Of a DNA stretch of 64,000 bases, positions 8,444 through 18,383 are shown one piece after another. Each line of letters starts with the position of its first letter. Positions within the stretch are counted from its first letter, which is position 1. The notes below the pieces were generated by a model. It did no database searches. It was not told the origin of the DNA and worked only from the letters and a program-made list of their open reading frames with translations. Made by a program: the position numbers and the translations under genes. This stretch comes from an uncultured delta proteobacterium (GTDB lineage: Bacteria; Desulfobacterota; DSM-4660; Desulfatiglandales; HGW-15), in NCBI GenBank assembly GCA_963707125.1, contig CAVPOU010000013.1, positions 64,007-128,006 on the forward strand, in the 5' to 3' direction.

Positions 8444-10798
8444 TCAGCGGGGGGCCGGCGGGAAGTACAAAGAAAAGACGGTTCCTCCTGATTGATGACA
8501 GCTCTCGGTTTTTGAGCACAAGGGGCATGTGCTGATCCGGCCGGGACAGACATCCGTCTCCTTCCTCAAGAACTCGCATCGCGCAGAGGCCATGTCGATC
8601 TGAAAATGGTATCGCTCGGAGAAAATCTTCATGCGCAAAAGGTCTGCGCCTTTGCCGCCGGCATTGAAATCAAACGGTCTCTTCGAAGAATAGGCCATGG
8701 TGTCCTGGGTGTGAAAGAAACCCTCGAAAATTCTTTTCTGCGCTTCTTCCGGGATGCCGACCCCGTAATCGTGAACCAGCAGTAAGGCGCCTTCGCCCTT
8801 TGGTTGAACTGCAATCTCTACTCTCCCTTCATCCGGTGTGTTTTCAATGGCATTCTTGATCAGCCCGTCGATCACCTTTTGCAGAACATCCGGAGGGATG
8901 AAAATGGACGGTGCAGGACCAATCTGCGACAGGATCTCCACCTGGCGGTGGAAAAAAGACGGGCCCAGGGCTTCCAGCCTTTCTTTCACCATCTGATTCA
9001 GCCGCAGTTCCGCTGGAGAGGACTCCTTTGGCCCGAAAAGCTCTGCAATTCGTTTTCGGATCCGTTCGACCACCGCGCCGTTACCGGTCTCCTGGGCCAC
9101 GAGAACAGCCAGTTCATCGGAGCACTGATCCAGCAGGAGGGACAGGACTCCGTAAGGTTTATACTGGCGATCCTCCATGATGTCTTCCACCTGAATCTGA
9201 ATCGCCTCCATGCGATCCAGGTTTCTCTGAGCCATGTCCACAAAAGGCTTCCAGGTCGCTTCCGGCAAGGTCTCCATCTTTCTCTTGAGCACGGCGAGAG
9301 CGCCGGACAGGATGGAGATGGGCGTCCTCAGTTCGTGGGACAGGTGGTTGATCACCTTGTCCTTGGCGCGGTTGAGGCTCGTCACCTCTGTGTAAGCTTT
9401 CTTGAGCTCAGCGGAAACCCGGGCGTTTTCAATGGAAAGAGCAACGGTGCCGGCGATCATTTCCAGCAGCTCTATATCCGCCTGAACAAAGTCCCCCTCT
9501 TTTTTGTTGATCGCGCAGAGCGCACCCCTGGCTTGCTCCCCGCTCCCGAGAGGCACGAGAGCGAGATTCCGCGTCTTAAAGCCGAGCTTCTTGTCCCTCT
9601 GTTCATGGATGTGCCGGTCTGCGGAGGTGTCGGACACAATCATGGGTTCCCCTGTCTTGACGACTTTGCCTGCCAGAAGCTGATCCATGGGGAACCGGGC
9701 TTCTTTGGCTTTTCTCTCCATGTCGGACTTATCGTAGGCCGCTCCCAGGATGAAGAACTCCTGCTTCTCTTCATCGAGCAGGATGGATACACACCCTTCG
9801 ACGTTCAGGAGTCTTTTCACCTCTCCATTGACGTAGTCGAGGATGTCCTCAAGATTTGGATACCTTGGCAGGGCCAGGCTGATGTGAAGCATCGCTTCGT
9901 TGATCCGTGCGATCCGTTTCTCCTGGGTGATATCCCGGAATATGGCGATCACGCCGGAAGGTCCCTCCTCCGATTCTGAGAAAACCGCGGCCCTGATGGA
10001 TACATCGAGCACCCGTCCTTCCTTGGTCATTCTCCTGGACTCATGCCGGACAAGAATCTTGTCTCTGTAAAGGCGTTCCAGATTCTCGATCGTCTCCTTT
10101 TTGGCCTCTTCAGGCACGAAAGGAATTTTCTTGCCCTCGAGCTCATGGAGCGTCCATCCAAGAACCTTGGTGAAGCCGGGGTTCAGATAAACAGGGAACC
10201 CTTCCATCGTGAAGACGCCGATGGGGTAGGGAACAAAGTCCAGAAGGGTTCTGAAACGTCTCTCGGACTTGCGGAGAGCTTCTTCAGCCAGCCTGCGTTT
10301 CGAAACGTCCTGGAAAGTCTCAATGGCTCCCACGATCTCGCCCGTTTCAGAGATCAGAGGGGCTGCGGTGAAGAAGAGCCACTGTCCATTTTCTCCAAGG
10401 TTCGAGAAAAAGAGTTCCGCCTCGTATCCTCCTTCCGCGAGAGCAGACTTCCGGCAGCGCTGACCAAAATGCCTGAGGATTTCTTCTCCCGGAACACGAT
10501 CAACAATGTAATCCACCATGGCGCGGCTGGGCTCTTTGTAAAAGGTCATCCACTGGTTGCTTGTGCCCACCATTTTCTCTGCAGGAATTCCCCTGAGCTT
10601 TTCATAGGCCTTGTTACAGTGGGTGATCACGTGGTTCTTGTCGATCACCAGGGCTGGGATGGCGCTGCTCTGAATGATGAGGGAGAGCCTTTTCTCGCTG
10701 TGCTTCAGATCTTCAACAGACCTCCTGCATTCGGCGAGTTCCCTTTCCTGGGCCTTCACTTTGCTTGCAAGGTCTTCACGGGGTTGCTTGGTCGTCAT
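8444..10798 (-). CDS. cytoplasmic multi-PAS / GAF sensor histidine kinase with a Cys-rich C-terminal insert
   Basis: Contains a coiled-coil N-terminus, PAS repeats, a GAF domain, the H-box HLSHELRTPISIL, the N-box LIKNAIENTP and the G-boxes DYGVGI/GGKGADL. The Cys-rich insert reads CEFLRKETDVCPGRISTCPLCSKTESCH. No transmembrane segment is visible. Confidence 0.85.
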   Translation of the reverse strand: MTTKQPREDLASKVKAQERELAECRRSVEDLKHSEKRLSLIIQSSAIPALVIDKNHVITHCNKAYEKLRGIPAEKMVGTSNQWMTFYKEPSRAMVDYIVDRVPGEEILRHFGQRCRKSALAEGGYEAELFFSNLGENGQWLFFTAAPLISETGEIVGAIETFQDVSKRRLAEEALRKSERRFRTLLDFVPYPIGVFTMEGFPVYLNPGFTKVLGWTLHELEGKKIPFVPEEAKKETIENLERLYRDKILVRHESRRMTKEGRVLDVSIRAAVFSESEEGPSGVIAIFRDITQEKRIARINEAMLHISLALPRYPNLEDILDYVNGEVKRLLNVEGCVSILLDEEKQEFFILGAAYDKSDMERKAKEARFPMDQLLAGKVVKTGEPMIVSDTSADRHIHEQRDKKLGFKTRNLALVPLGSGEQARGALCAINKKEGDFVQADIELLEMIAGTVALSIENARVSAELKKAYTEVTSLNRAKDKVINHLSHELRTPISILSGALAVLKRKMETLPEATWKPFVDMAQRNLDRMEAIQIQVEDIMEDRQYKPYGVLSLLLDQCSDELAVLVAQETGNGAVVERIRKRIAELFGPKESSPAELRLNQMVKERLEALGPSFFHRQVEILSQIGPAPSIFIPPDVLQKVIDGLIKNAIENTPDEGRVEIAVQPKGEGALLLVHDYGVGIPEEAQKRIFEGFFHTQDTMAYSSKRPFDFNAGGKGADLLRMKIFSERYHFQIDMASARCEFLRKETDVCPGRISTCPLCSKTESCHQSGGTVFSLYFPPAPR

Positions 10799-10928
10799 GA
10801 GAAAAACCTCCCGATCAAGGGCTGCGCCATACCGACGTTAATTCTGCGGGCCCGACTCTTCCATGCGCCTGTGGCACGTTGCTGGTCGCAGGTTGGGAGT
10901 CGGCGATGCAGTGTTTTCTGCCTGCTGC

Positions 10929-13757
10929 TTACTGTTTACTGCTTCCTTCTTGTTTCTTCACTCCTCCCTGCTCGGCGAGCGAAGCGGGCGGAAAATAGAT
11001 CATGAAGGTAGTCCCGCCGGAAGCGTGGCAGTTCTCCACCCTGGAGCAGAAGGGACATTGGCTGATCCTGCCGGGGCAGATATCCGTATCTTTGGACAAG
11101 AACTTGCACCTCGCGGAGACCATTTCCATCTTGAAGTTATATCTCTCGGAGAAAATCTTCATGCGCAAAAGGTCTGCGCCTTTGCCGCCGGCATTGAAAT
11201 CAAACGGTCTCTTCGAAGAATAGGCCATGGTATCCTGGGTTGTGAAGAACCCCTCAAAGATCCTTCTCTGGGCATCTTCCGTAATGCCCACCCCGTAATC
11301 CCGCACAACCAGTTCCGCTCCCTCGTTCTTCTTCCGGACAAGAACTTCAATTTTTCCCTCATCCGGGGTGTTTTCGATCGCATTCTTCACCAAGCCGTCG
11401 ATCACCTTTTGCAGCACATCAGGGGGAAGAAAGATCGGGGGGGTCGGCTCAAGTCGGGTGGCGAAGTCCAATTCTCTGTGGGCAAAGTGAGGTTTGAGCT
11501 GTTCCAGGCTCGACTGGATCTCCTGTTCCAGCCTGAGCTCCTTTGAAGCCTCTTCTTTTACGCTGAACAGCTCATCCACTCGCTTCCGGATCTTCTGAAT
11601 AATCCCTTTTTCCCCAAATTCTTCTGCCAGGAGAGTCTCCAGTTCGTCGCCGCACTGGTCGATCATGGAAGTGAGGAGCCCCCGTGTTTTGTACTGCTTG
11701 TTCTCCATGATGTCTTGCACCTGATACTGGATGTCCACGACCCGATCGAGATTTCTCTGGAGTCTTTGGAGGGTAGGTTTCCAGGTCTCTTCCGGAAGAG
11801 CGGCAAGCCTGCGGGTCAGGATGTTCAAAGAGCCTGAGAGAATGGCGACTGGGGTCCGCAACTCATGGGACAAATGATTGATCACTTTGTCCTTGGCGCG
11901 GTTGAGGCTCGTCACTTCCCTGTAAGCTTTCTTCAATTCGTCGGAAAACCTCGCATTCTCCACAGACAGAGCCACGGTTCCGGCAATCATGCTGAGCATC
12001 TCCACATCCGTCTGGTCAAAGAGGCCTTCCTTTTTGTTGATGGCGCACAGAGCGCCGATAATCCGATCGCTGCTTTTCAGGGGAACGAGCACGAGGTTCC
12101 TTGTCCTATAGCCTAGTTTTCTGTCCCGTTCTTCGTGGAGCAATCGATGGGTGGAGGTGTCATTGACGATCAGCGGCTCCCCGGTCCGGATCACCTGCCC
12201 GGCCACAAGCTGATTCATGGAGAAGCGGATCTCCCTGGCCCTTTTCTCTGTATCCATATCATCGTATGCGGCGCCGAGGATGAAGAGATCCTCTTTGAGC
12301 TCATCATGGAGTATCGTGATGGATCCTTCTGTGCCGAGAAGACTCTTTACTTCGCTGTTGACATAGTAAAGAAGGTCTTGCAGGTCCGGGTATTCGGGTA
12401 AGGCCATGCTGATCCGGAGCATGGCTTCGTTGTTGCGGGCGATTCTTTTTTCCTGGGTCACATCCCGAAGGATAACCAGCTCGCCCCCAGGCTCCTCCTG
12501 GGACACTGAGAAGACAACCGCTCTCAGAATCACATCGAGCATGCGGCCGTCTTTGGTCATCCTTTTTGTTTCTTCCCGGAGGATCATCTTTTTTTCAAAA
12601 AGCTGCTTGATCTCCTCAGTCGTTTCATGCTCCATGCCGGGCGGGACATAGTGGATGGGCCGGCCTTCCAGTTCCTCGAGACTCCAGCCAAAGACTTCGG
12701 TGAAAGCCGGGTTCAGATAGGAGACTTTCCCATCCAGGGTGAAGACCACTATGGGATAAGGGGCGAAATCAAGGAGAGTCCTGTATCTCTTTTCAGATTC
12801 TCTGAGAGCTTCTTCCGCTCGCCTGCGTTCGGTCACGTCCTGCAACGTCTCGATGGCGCCTGTGATTTTCTTGTCATCATCCATCAACGGCGCCGCCGTG
12901 AAGAAGAGCCACTTTCCCCCGCTCCCCAGGTCCGGGAAGAATTCCTCCACTTCATAGGCTCCGTCAATGACGCGGGACTTTCTGCACCTGTCTCCATAGC
13001 ATTGCTTCATGTCTTCCTGGGAGGCTCCGTCCACAATGAAGTCGGCCATTACAGGCCTTTCCGAAGCGTAGAAAGCCATCCACTGAGCTCTCGTTCCTAT
13101 GATCTGGCCGGCGCGGATTCCCGTCAGATTCTCGAAAGCCCTGTTGCAATGGATCATGGTGTGCTTGTCGTTGATAACAAAGGTGGGAATGGAGGTTCCG
13201 TGAACGATTTGAGAGAGCCTTTTCTCGCTCTCCCTAAGAGCTGCTTCCGTCTCTCTGCTCTCTGTGATGTCCTGCAGGGTTTCGATGGCACCTATGAGCT
13301 TCGCCTCCGCATCCCGAAGGGGCGTCGCGGTGATGGACAGCCACTTGCCTTTTTCTCCCATCTTTGGAAAAAAGGCCTCGGCTTCGTAAGCCCCTTCGAT
13401 GACCCTGGACTTTCGGCATTTCCTGCCGTAATACCAGACCATCTCTTCTTCAGGAGCCTGATCCACAACGAAGTCTGCCATGTACGGGCGGGCCGTGGCG
13501 GCGGCGTCCAACCACTCCTTGCTGCCGAGGATTTGATCGGCCGAGACTCCGATGAGATTCTCGAAAGACTTGTTGCAGTGGGCGATGGTGTGATCCATGT
13601 TCATCACGAAGGTGGGGATCGGGCTTCCCTGGATCATTTGGGGCAAAACCCGCTCATTTTCTCTCAGGGCCTGTTCTGCGACTCTGGCTCTGGCCGCCTC
13701 TTTTTCAAGCTCTCTGATTCTTCGTTTCAATTCCTCATAGGTAGGCTTGCTGGCCAT
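10929..13757 (-). CDS. paralogous multi-PAS / GAF sensor histidine kinase with the same Cys-rich insert
   Basis: It has one more PAS unit than its neighbour. H-box HLSHELRTPVAIL; Cys-rich insert CKFLSKDTDICPGRISQCPFCSRVENCH. The ATG at 13757 is preceded by GGAGG. Confidence 0.85.
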   Translation of the reverse strand: MASKPTYEELKRRIRELEKEAARARVAEQALRENERVLPQMIQGSPIPTFVMNMDHTIAHCNKSFENLIGVSADQILGSKEWLDAAATARPYMADFVVDQAPEEEMVWYYGRKCRKSRVIEGAYEAEAFFPKMGEKGKWLSITATPLRDAEAKLIGAIETLQDITESRETEAALRESEKRLSQIVHGTSIPTFVINDKHTMIHCNRAFENLTGIRAGQIIGTRAQWMAFYASERPVMADFIVDGASQEDMKQCYGDRCRKSRVIDGAYEVEEFFPDLGSGGKWLFFTAAPLMDDDKKITGAIETLQDVTERRRAEEALRESEKRYRTLLDFAPYPIVVFTLDGKVSYLNPAFTEVFGWSLEELEGRPIHYVPPGMEHETTEEIKQLFEKKMILREETKRMTKDGRMLDVILRAVVFSVSQEEPGGELVILRDVTQEKRIARNNEAMLRISMALPEYPDLQDLLYYVNSEVKSLLGTEGSITILHDELKEDLFILGAAYDDMDTEKRAREIRFSMNQLVAGQVIRTGEPLIVNDTSTHRLLHEERDRKLGYRTRNLVLVPLKSSDRIIGALCAINKKEGLFDQTDVEMLSMIAGTVALSVENARFSDELKKAYREVTSLNRAKDKVINHLSHELRTPVAILSGSLNILTRRLAALPEETWKPTLQRLQRNLDRVVDIQYQVQDIMENKQYKTRGLLTSMIDQCGDELETLLAEEFGEKGIIQKIRKRVDELFSVKEEASKELRLEQEIQSSLEQLKPHFAHRELDFATRLEPTPPIFLPPDVLQKVIDGLVKNAIENTPDEGKIEVLVRKKNEGAELVVRDYGVGITEDAQRRIFEGFFTTQDTMAYSSKRPFDFNAGGKGADLLRMKIFSERYNFKMEMVSARCKFLSKDTDICPGRISQCPFCSRVENCHASGGTTFMIYFPPASLAEQGGVKKQEGSSKQ

Positions 13758-13929
13758 GAACAGAATCCTCCGGGTCAAAGAAAAAAATGAAGCGCCGCAC
13801 GGCGCTGTTTGGATCGCCCAACGTGAACGACAAGATATTACAGGAGGATCGAAATCTCAATCCCAAATGGTGGGAAACCCTGCAGCGTAATATTAGTGGT
13901 CCCACAGTTGTCAGGACACTCTTCACAAA

Positions 13930-14056
13930 TCCCTCCTGACCTCTCCTTCGACAGGCTCAGGACAGGCTCTTTAGCAAAGGGAGGGATTACCCCTCTTTGG
14001 CCGCCGGCCCATAGGGCCTCTGGCCCGGAGGGTAAAGAGGGGTAAGGGGAGATTTT
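13930..14056. repeat. composite REP element (includes the hairpin cccctcttt...aaagagggg)
   Basis: The inverted arms ccctctttgg ... ggtaaagagggg are seen by eye. The style matches 6881-6985. Confidence 0.5.
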
Positions 14057-14195
14057 ACAGACCATGTCAATACAATTTCGAGGCTGTTAAGAACAACAGC
14101 TCTACCTGCCTCAGAAGTGGATCAGATTTCTCTCTTGAATCCACTGTGCCCTTTGATGTTATAATTATGGTGCGTTCCTAAGGAGATAGGACCAT

Positions 14196-14663
14196 ATGAT
14201 ATCGAGAGAGATGGACAGGGTACTCATTGGTTTGGCGAAGATCGAGACTGGACTCTCCAGGGTCTATGAGAAGCTTTCAGGAAAACCCTATTTCAGACAG
14301 CAGGTGAAAAGCTTCTGGTCGGAGCTGGCGAATGAAGAAATGGCCCACGCGCAGGTTTTCAACAAACTCCGGGAAAAAGTGGTTTCCGATAACTCCTTTG
14401 AGGTTCACATCGGCCAGGACCTGGATTACTTGAAGGGATTTGTGAACAAGGCGAAGGAACTGGTCAAGAAGGTCGAAACGGATATTTCGGAAGCAGAAGC
14501 GTATAACCTCTGCGCTGAGATCGAGGGAGAGCTGGATGAGGCAAGCTTTATCGATCGCATTCAGATCCAGGATGACATGCTCAGCCGGAAACTTTCGAGA
14601 GTCAAAGCAGATACCCGGAAGCACAAGATGGTTTTGATTAACTACGCAAGAGGCATCAAGTAG
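14196..14663 (+). CDS. hypothetical helical protein, weakly ferritin/rubrerythrin-like
   Basis: AGGAGA RBS. There is one ExxH-type motif (ANEEMAHAQ), but no second ExxH is seen. Confidence 0.4.
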   Translation: MISREMDRVLIGLAKIETGLSRVYEKLSGKPYFRQQVKSFWSELANEEMAHAQVFNKLREKVVSDNSFEVHIGQDLDYLKGFVNKAKELVKKVETDISEAEAYNLCAEIEGELDEASFIDRIQIQDDMLSRKLSRVKADTRKHKMVLINYARGIK

Positions 14664-14813
14664 TCCTCTTGCGCTGTGACCGTGCCAGCCCGTGACCCGA
14701 ATTTGTTGACAGATCAGCAGGATAAGTTTAAGGTGAGCCTAGAAATCTCAGTTTTTGGAATTCACAACCGTTGCAGGGTGGTGTGCTGAAACCCTTCTCT
14801 CGTGTCTCGCGAA

Positions 14814-15041
14814 ATGATCAGGAACGCAAACCTTCTCGACCAGTTTGAAAGAGAGCAAATCCGAAAGAGGAAACCTGACTACTTTCAGAACCTCCGAATT
14901 TTCGAAAGCCTGTATGAGGAAGCGAAGCACCTGGGAATCTTTCCTCTGAAAGATCCTCTTGAGGGAATTGAAGTCGATATCAAACTTGCCAGGGCGCTGA
15001 ATGTTCAAAGACTTGCTCGAAAGACTCGCTCTAATCCTTGA
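14814..15041 (+). CDS. small hypothetical protein, possible partner of the downstream nucleotidyltransferase
   Basis: A 75-79 aa ORF that overlaps the next gene by 41 nt. Confidence 0.35.
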   Translation: MIRNANLLDQFEREQIRKRKPDYFQNLRIFESLYEEAKHLGIFPLKDPLEGIEVDIKLARALNVQRLARKTRSNP

Positions 15042-15552
15042 ACAGAGCGGCATTCCCTACATGGTTATCGGCGGTCAGGCGGTGCTTGTTTACGGCGAAC
15101 CGAGATTGACCCGAGACATCGATATCACCCTGGGGGTCTCAGCGGAACAGGCCAGTGCGGTACGAGATATCGTCCGCAGTGCCGGGCTCAGGCCATTGGT
15201 CGATCCGGAGGTTTTCACTCTTAAAACCATGGTGCTTCCCTGCCACGACCCTGAAACCGGCATTAGGGTAGACTTCATCTTTTCCTTCACTCCCTACGAA
15301 AAGCAGGCGATGAAGCGGGTGACCTTTGTGGACATAGGTCAGGCGCGAGTAAGATTTGCTTCCCTTGAGGATCTCATTATTCATAAATTGGTTTCCGGTC
15401 GACCCCGCGATCTTGAGGACGTGAGAAGCATGATTCTCAAGAATAAACGAATGAATGAGAAGTATATTCGTAAGTGGTTAAAGGAGTTTGCAGTGCTGCT
15501 GAAACTCCCGCTGGTAGCCAAATTCAACTCTCTTCTAAAGGAAAAGGGATAG
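15001..15552 (+). CDS. nucleotidyltransferase-fold protein
   Basis: NTase signature GGQAVLVYGEPRLTRDIDITLG (G-G-x-n-DxD). Confidence 0.55.
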   Translation: MFKDLLERLALILEQSGIPYMVIGGQAVLVYGEPRLTRDIDITLGVSAEQASAVRDIVRSAGLRPLVDPEVFTLKTMVLPCHDPETGIRVDFIFSFTPYEKQAMKRVTFVDIGQARVRFASLEDLIIHKLVSGRPRDLEDVRSMILKNKRMNEKYIRKWLKEFAVLLKLPLVAKFNSLLKEKG

Positions 15553-15611
15553 AATTCATTATGTCGCTGAAACATGCGACAAGAAGCTTTCACTTAAAGA
15601 GGAGGTCAATC

Positions 15612-16148
15612 ATGAAATATGTATTGAGAGTGGTTCTTGCGGTGTTGTTCGTTGTTTCACTCGTCCCGGCAGCGGCATGGGCCGGCGCAGAATTGGGCCA
15701 GGTCCCTCCGAAGGTGGAACTGAAAGACAATCTGGGTGGCCGGCTCGACGGCAAACCCTGGAGCAGCGACGAGCTCAAAGGGAAGATTCACGTGCTCTTC
15801 TATGTGGACCCTGATGAGAAAGACACGAACAATGATACGAGCGAAGCTCTGGACAAAGAGAAATTCCCGGCCGAGAAGTTCCAGTCCGTCGCCATCATCA
15901 ATATGGCCGCGACCTTCATGCCCAATTTTTTGATTTCCTCTTCTGTAAAGGAGAAACAGGAAAAATACCCCAGGACCCTGTACTTGCGAGACTTCAAGAA
16001 AGCGCTTGTCCAGCAATGGAACCTGGCGGATGACAGCAGCGATATTCTTGCTTTTGACAAGTCAGGCAAAGTCATCTTCCGAAAAGACGGCAAGCTGACC
16101 CAGGAAGAAATTCAGAAACTCATCAAGGTGATTAAGGATAACTTGTAG
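15612..16148 (+). CDS. YtfJ-family periplasmic protein
   Basis: AAGAGGAGG RBS and a signal peptide. GKIHVLFYVDPD..., AIINMAATF and ILAFDKSGKVIFRKDGKLTQEEIQKLI match the YtfJ layout. Confidence 0.6.
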   Translation: MKYVLRVVLAVLFVVSLVPAAAWAGAELGQVPPKVELKDNLGGRLDGKPWSSDELKGKIHVLFYVDPDEKDTNNDTSEALDKEKFPAEKFQSVAIINMAATFMPNFLISSSVKEKQEKYPRTLYLRDFKKALVQQWNLADDSSDILAFDKSGKVIFRKDGKLTQEEIQKLIKVIKDNL

Positions 16149-16227
16149 CACACAGGAAGGGCAGCCTCGGCTGCCCTTCCTGCTTTTGATGCCTTCACCG
16201 TTTGCCCGTGCATCCGGGCTTCCTGAA

Positions 16228-17100
16228 TCACTCCAGGATTTCCCCCGAGAATTTCTGCAGCATCCGCAGTTCTATGCTGTCGAAGGAATAAAAAGGTTTG
16301 ACGGTTGTCAAGGCCTTATGCTCCAGGATCTGTCCGGTTTCGGTATCCAGCAGAGCATACCCATGCTGGGAGAACCTGTATCTTCTCTCGTTTCTGGATG
16401 TGCAGACAAAGTCCTCTTCCATCACGGCTACAATCACCCTGCGACCTTTGAAGGAGCCGAGACCTCTTACCGCATAACCGATCTTTTCCTTTGGAGGAGA
16501 ACACTGCGGAGCACCCCACAGGTTCTCATAAGCCTGGAGTGCGGCGCTCATATCCGTCTCTAAAAGAAGACTCCCCTCTTGGACCGGGGCGGCAGGGAGC
16601 ATTGCGGAAAAGCTTCTGAACTGTGACACGACCAGGACCCTTATCTGCTCAAAGAGACGCTTGTCTTCCGGGGAACTGATTTTCATCCCCACAGGTGCGA
16701 TTTCAAAGTCTTTGGTGGCCCCCTGCTTGTCCCTGCGAGCCCTGAATTCCAAGAGTGGAGAATTTCCGGAACTGATTTTCTCCTCGCCCATGACGGCATT
16801 TTCGAGTCTGAATTCCCATAGAAAGGAGTCTCCTGCAGGCGATACCCTGAGCCGGCCGTAAAGCTCTCCGGAGAGAAATTCGTCCGTGTCTCTCACGTTT
16901 TTGTGGATCCCGAGTTGGGCGGCAAGCTTCATTGCCACAGGTCGATATTCGAGATAGACGGGAGTTTGGATAGGTGAAAAGCGTCCCTCGTACATGGGCA
17001 TGGTTTTGCTCGAAAGCTCCTGTTGCATGGGCGTGATGGTCGGCGCACAGGCACTGAGAAGCAAGAAAACCAGCAGGGTGCAAAAGGTTCTACGGTTCAT
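16228..17100 (-). CDS. lipoprotein of unknown function
   Basis: Lipobox LLLSAC follows MNRRTFCTLLVF. Confidence 0.5.
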   Translation of the reverse strand: MNRRTFCTLLVFLLLSACAPTITPMQQELSSKTMPMYEGRFSPIQTPVYLEYRPVAMKLAAQLGIHKNVRDTDEFLSGELYGRLRVSPAGDSFLWEFRLENAVMGEEKISSGNSPLLEFRARRDKQGATKDFEIAPVGMKISSPEDKRLFEQIRVLVVSQFRSFSAMLPAAPVQEGSLLLETDMSAALQAYENLWGAPQCSPPKEKIGYAVRGLGSFKGRRVIVAVMEEDFVCTSRNERRYRFSQHGYALLDTETGQILEHKALTTVKPFYSFDSIELRMLQKFSGEILE

Positions 17101-17364
17101 GGAGACCTCCTTGAGGGGCATGGCTTTCAATCGACAGGGCACAAAGAAGAAACTACTCCAATCCAAGCTCCAGATCAACTCTTGCTTTTAGTCCCATGGA
17201 TTCAAGGGCATCCAGCTTTGCAGTTTGATTTGCTGACTTGGGCAGCAGTCCGTTTTGTAATAATGCCCCGGATTGTGATATGGAAAGTGTGGCCTATCCC
17301 CGATAATCTCCGCCCCTTGATGACCTGTAGGGGTGAGGGGAAGGCAACGCAATGGAGAGAGTTG

Positions 17365-17640
17365 ATGGCTAAGATTGGACTGGCCCTTGCTTCAGGGCGT
17401 TCGTACCGGGCCGGCGATCAGCTTTCCTACTCTGTGACAGGCGAAACCAAGAAGGTGAAGGTCTATGAAAACAGCAAGCTCGCTTCAATGTATGATCCCG
17501 TGAGCCCGGATGAAAACGTAGCCTACTACCAGGACAAACTGCTTACTCTCTTTGCGAAGTCCAGGGAGTTCTTGCCGAAAGATGAGTCGGTGACGCCGCA
17601 AGCACCAAAAAAGGGCAAGAAGCCGCGGCGCAGTTCCTAA
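17365..17640 (+). pseudogene. possible C-terminal remnant of a family-B DNA polymerase
   Basis: ..AGDQLSYSVTGE...DENVAYYQDKLLTLFAKSREFL resembles the extreme C-terminus of PolB-type enzymes. No upstream polymerase body is present. Confidence 0.3.
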
Positions 17641-17703
17641 GCTGGCAGGTTGCTCAAGAAGGTCATTGTGCGATTAAGAGATGAGGGAAAGATCGGGAGT
17701 ACT

Positions 17704-18381
17704 ATGCGGATTCTTTTAATTGAAGATGATGGGAAGGTTGCTTCTTTGGTTACACGGGGACTAAAGGAGGCGGGATTCGCTGTGGACCTCGCAACGGATG
17801 GTGAGGAAGGCCTGCATAGGGCACTTACCGAGACCTACGATACAGCCATTGTCGACATTATGCTCCCGAAACTTGACGGCTTGAGTCTCATAGAGGAGTT
17901 GAGGCGGCAAAAGGTCAATACCCCCATTCTCATTCTGAGTGCCAAGAGATCCGTGGATGATCGTATTCAAGGCCTCCAGAGGGGGAGTGACGATTACTTG
18001 ACCAAGCCTTTCGCTATTTCTGAACTCCTGGCGCGAGTCCAGGCCCTGATTCGCAGAACGACCGCTGTCTCAGAACCTAACTGTCTTGTGGTCGGAGATC
18101 TCAGTATAGACCTTATTACCCGCGTGGTTAAGAGAGGGGATAAAGAGATCCCTCTGCAGCCAAAAGAATACGCGCTTCTTGAATATCTTGCGCGAAATGC
18201 CGGCAAGGTCGTTTCAAGAACGATGATCATGGAACATGTGTGGGACTACAATTTTGACCCCATGACGAACGTTGTGGATGCGCGGATATGTAAACTGCGT
18301 GATAAAATCGACAAAGACTTCGACACCAAACTTCTGCATACCGTCTGGGGAGCGGGCTATGTTCTCAAGGAAACCATTTAA
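17704..18381 (+). CDS. OmpR-family response regulator (CusR/PmrA-like)
   Basis: MRILLIEDD.., the phosphoacceptor region DTAIVDIMLPKLDG, SDDYLTKPF and a winged-helix C-terminus (WGAGYVL). Confidence 0.9.
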   Translation: MRILLIEDDGKVASLVTRGLKEAGFAVDLATDGEEGLHRALTETYDTAIVDIMLPKLDGLSLIEELRRQKVNTPILILSAKRSVDDRIQGLQRGSDDYLTKPFAISELLARVQALIRRTTAVSEPNCLVVGDLSIDLITRVVKRGDKEIPLQPKEYALLEYLARNAGKVVSRTMIMEHVWDYNFDPMTNVVDARICKLRDKIDKDFDTKLLHTVWGAGYVLKETI

Positions 18382-18383
18382 GT

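Noticed and set aside
8804-13790. Long plus-strand ORFs (8804-9979, 10043-11005, 10863-11546, 12627-13790) antisense to the two kinase genes.
   Set aside because: They are shadow ORFs of GC-rich genes. Their translations are low-complexity (R/G/H/P-rich) with no motifs, whereas the minus strand encodes complete PAS-GAF-HK architectures.
17023-17364. The N-terminal 114 residues of the track ORF 17023-17640.
   Set aside because: It overlaps the 5' end of the convergent lipoprotein gene and its promoter region, and has no coding character. Only the last ~90 residues resemble a protein (the PolB-like tail).
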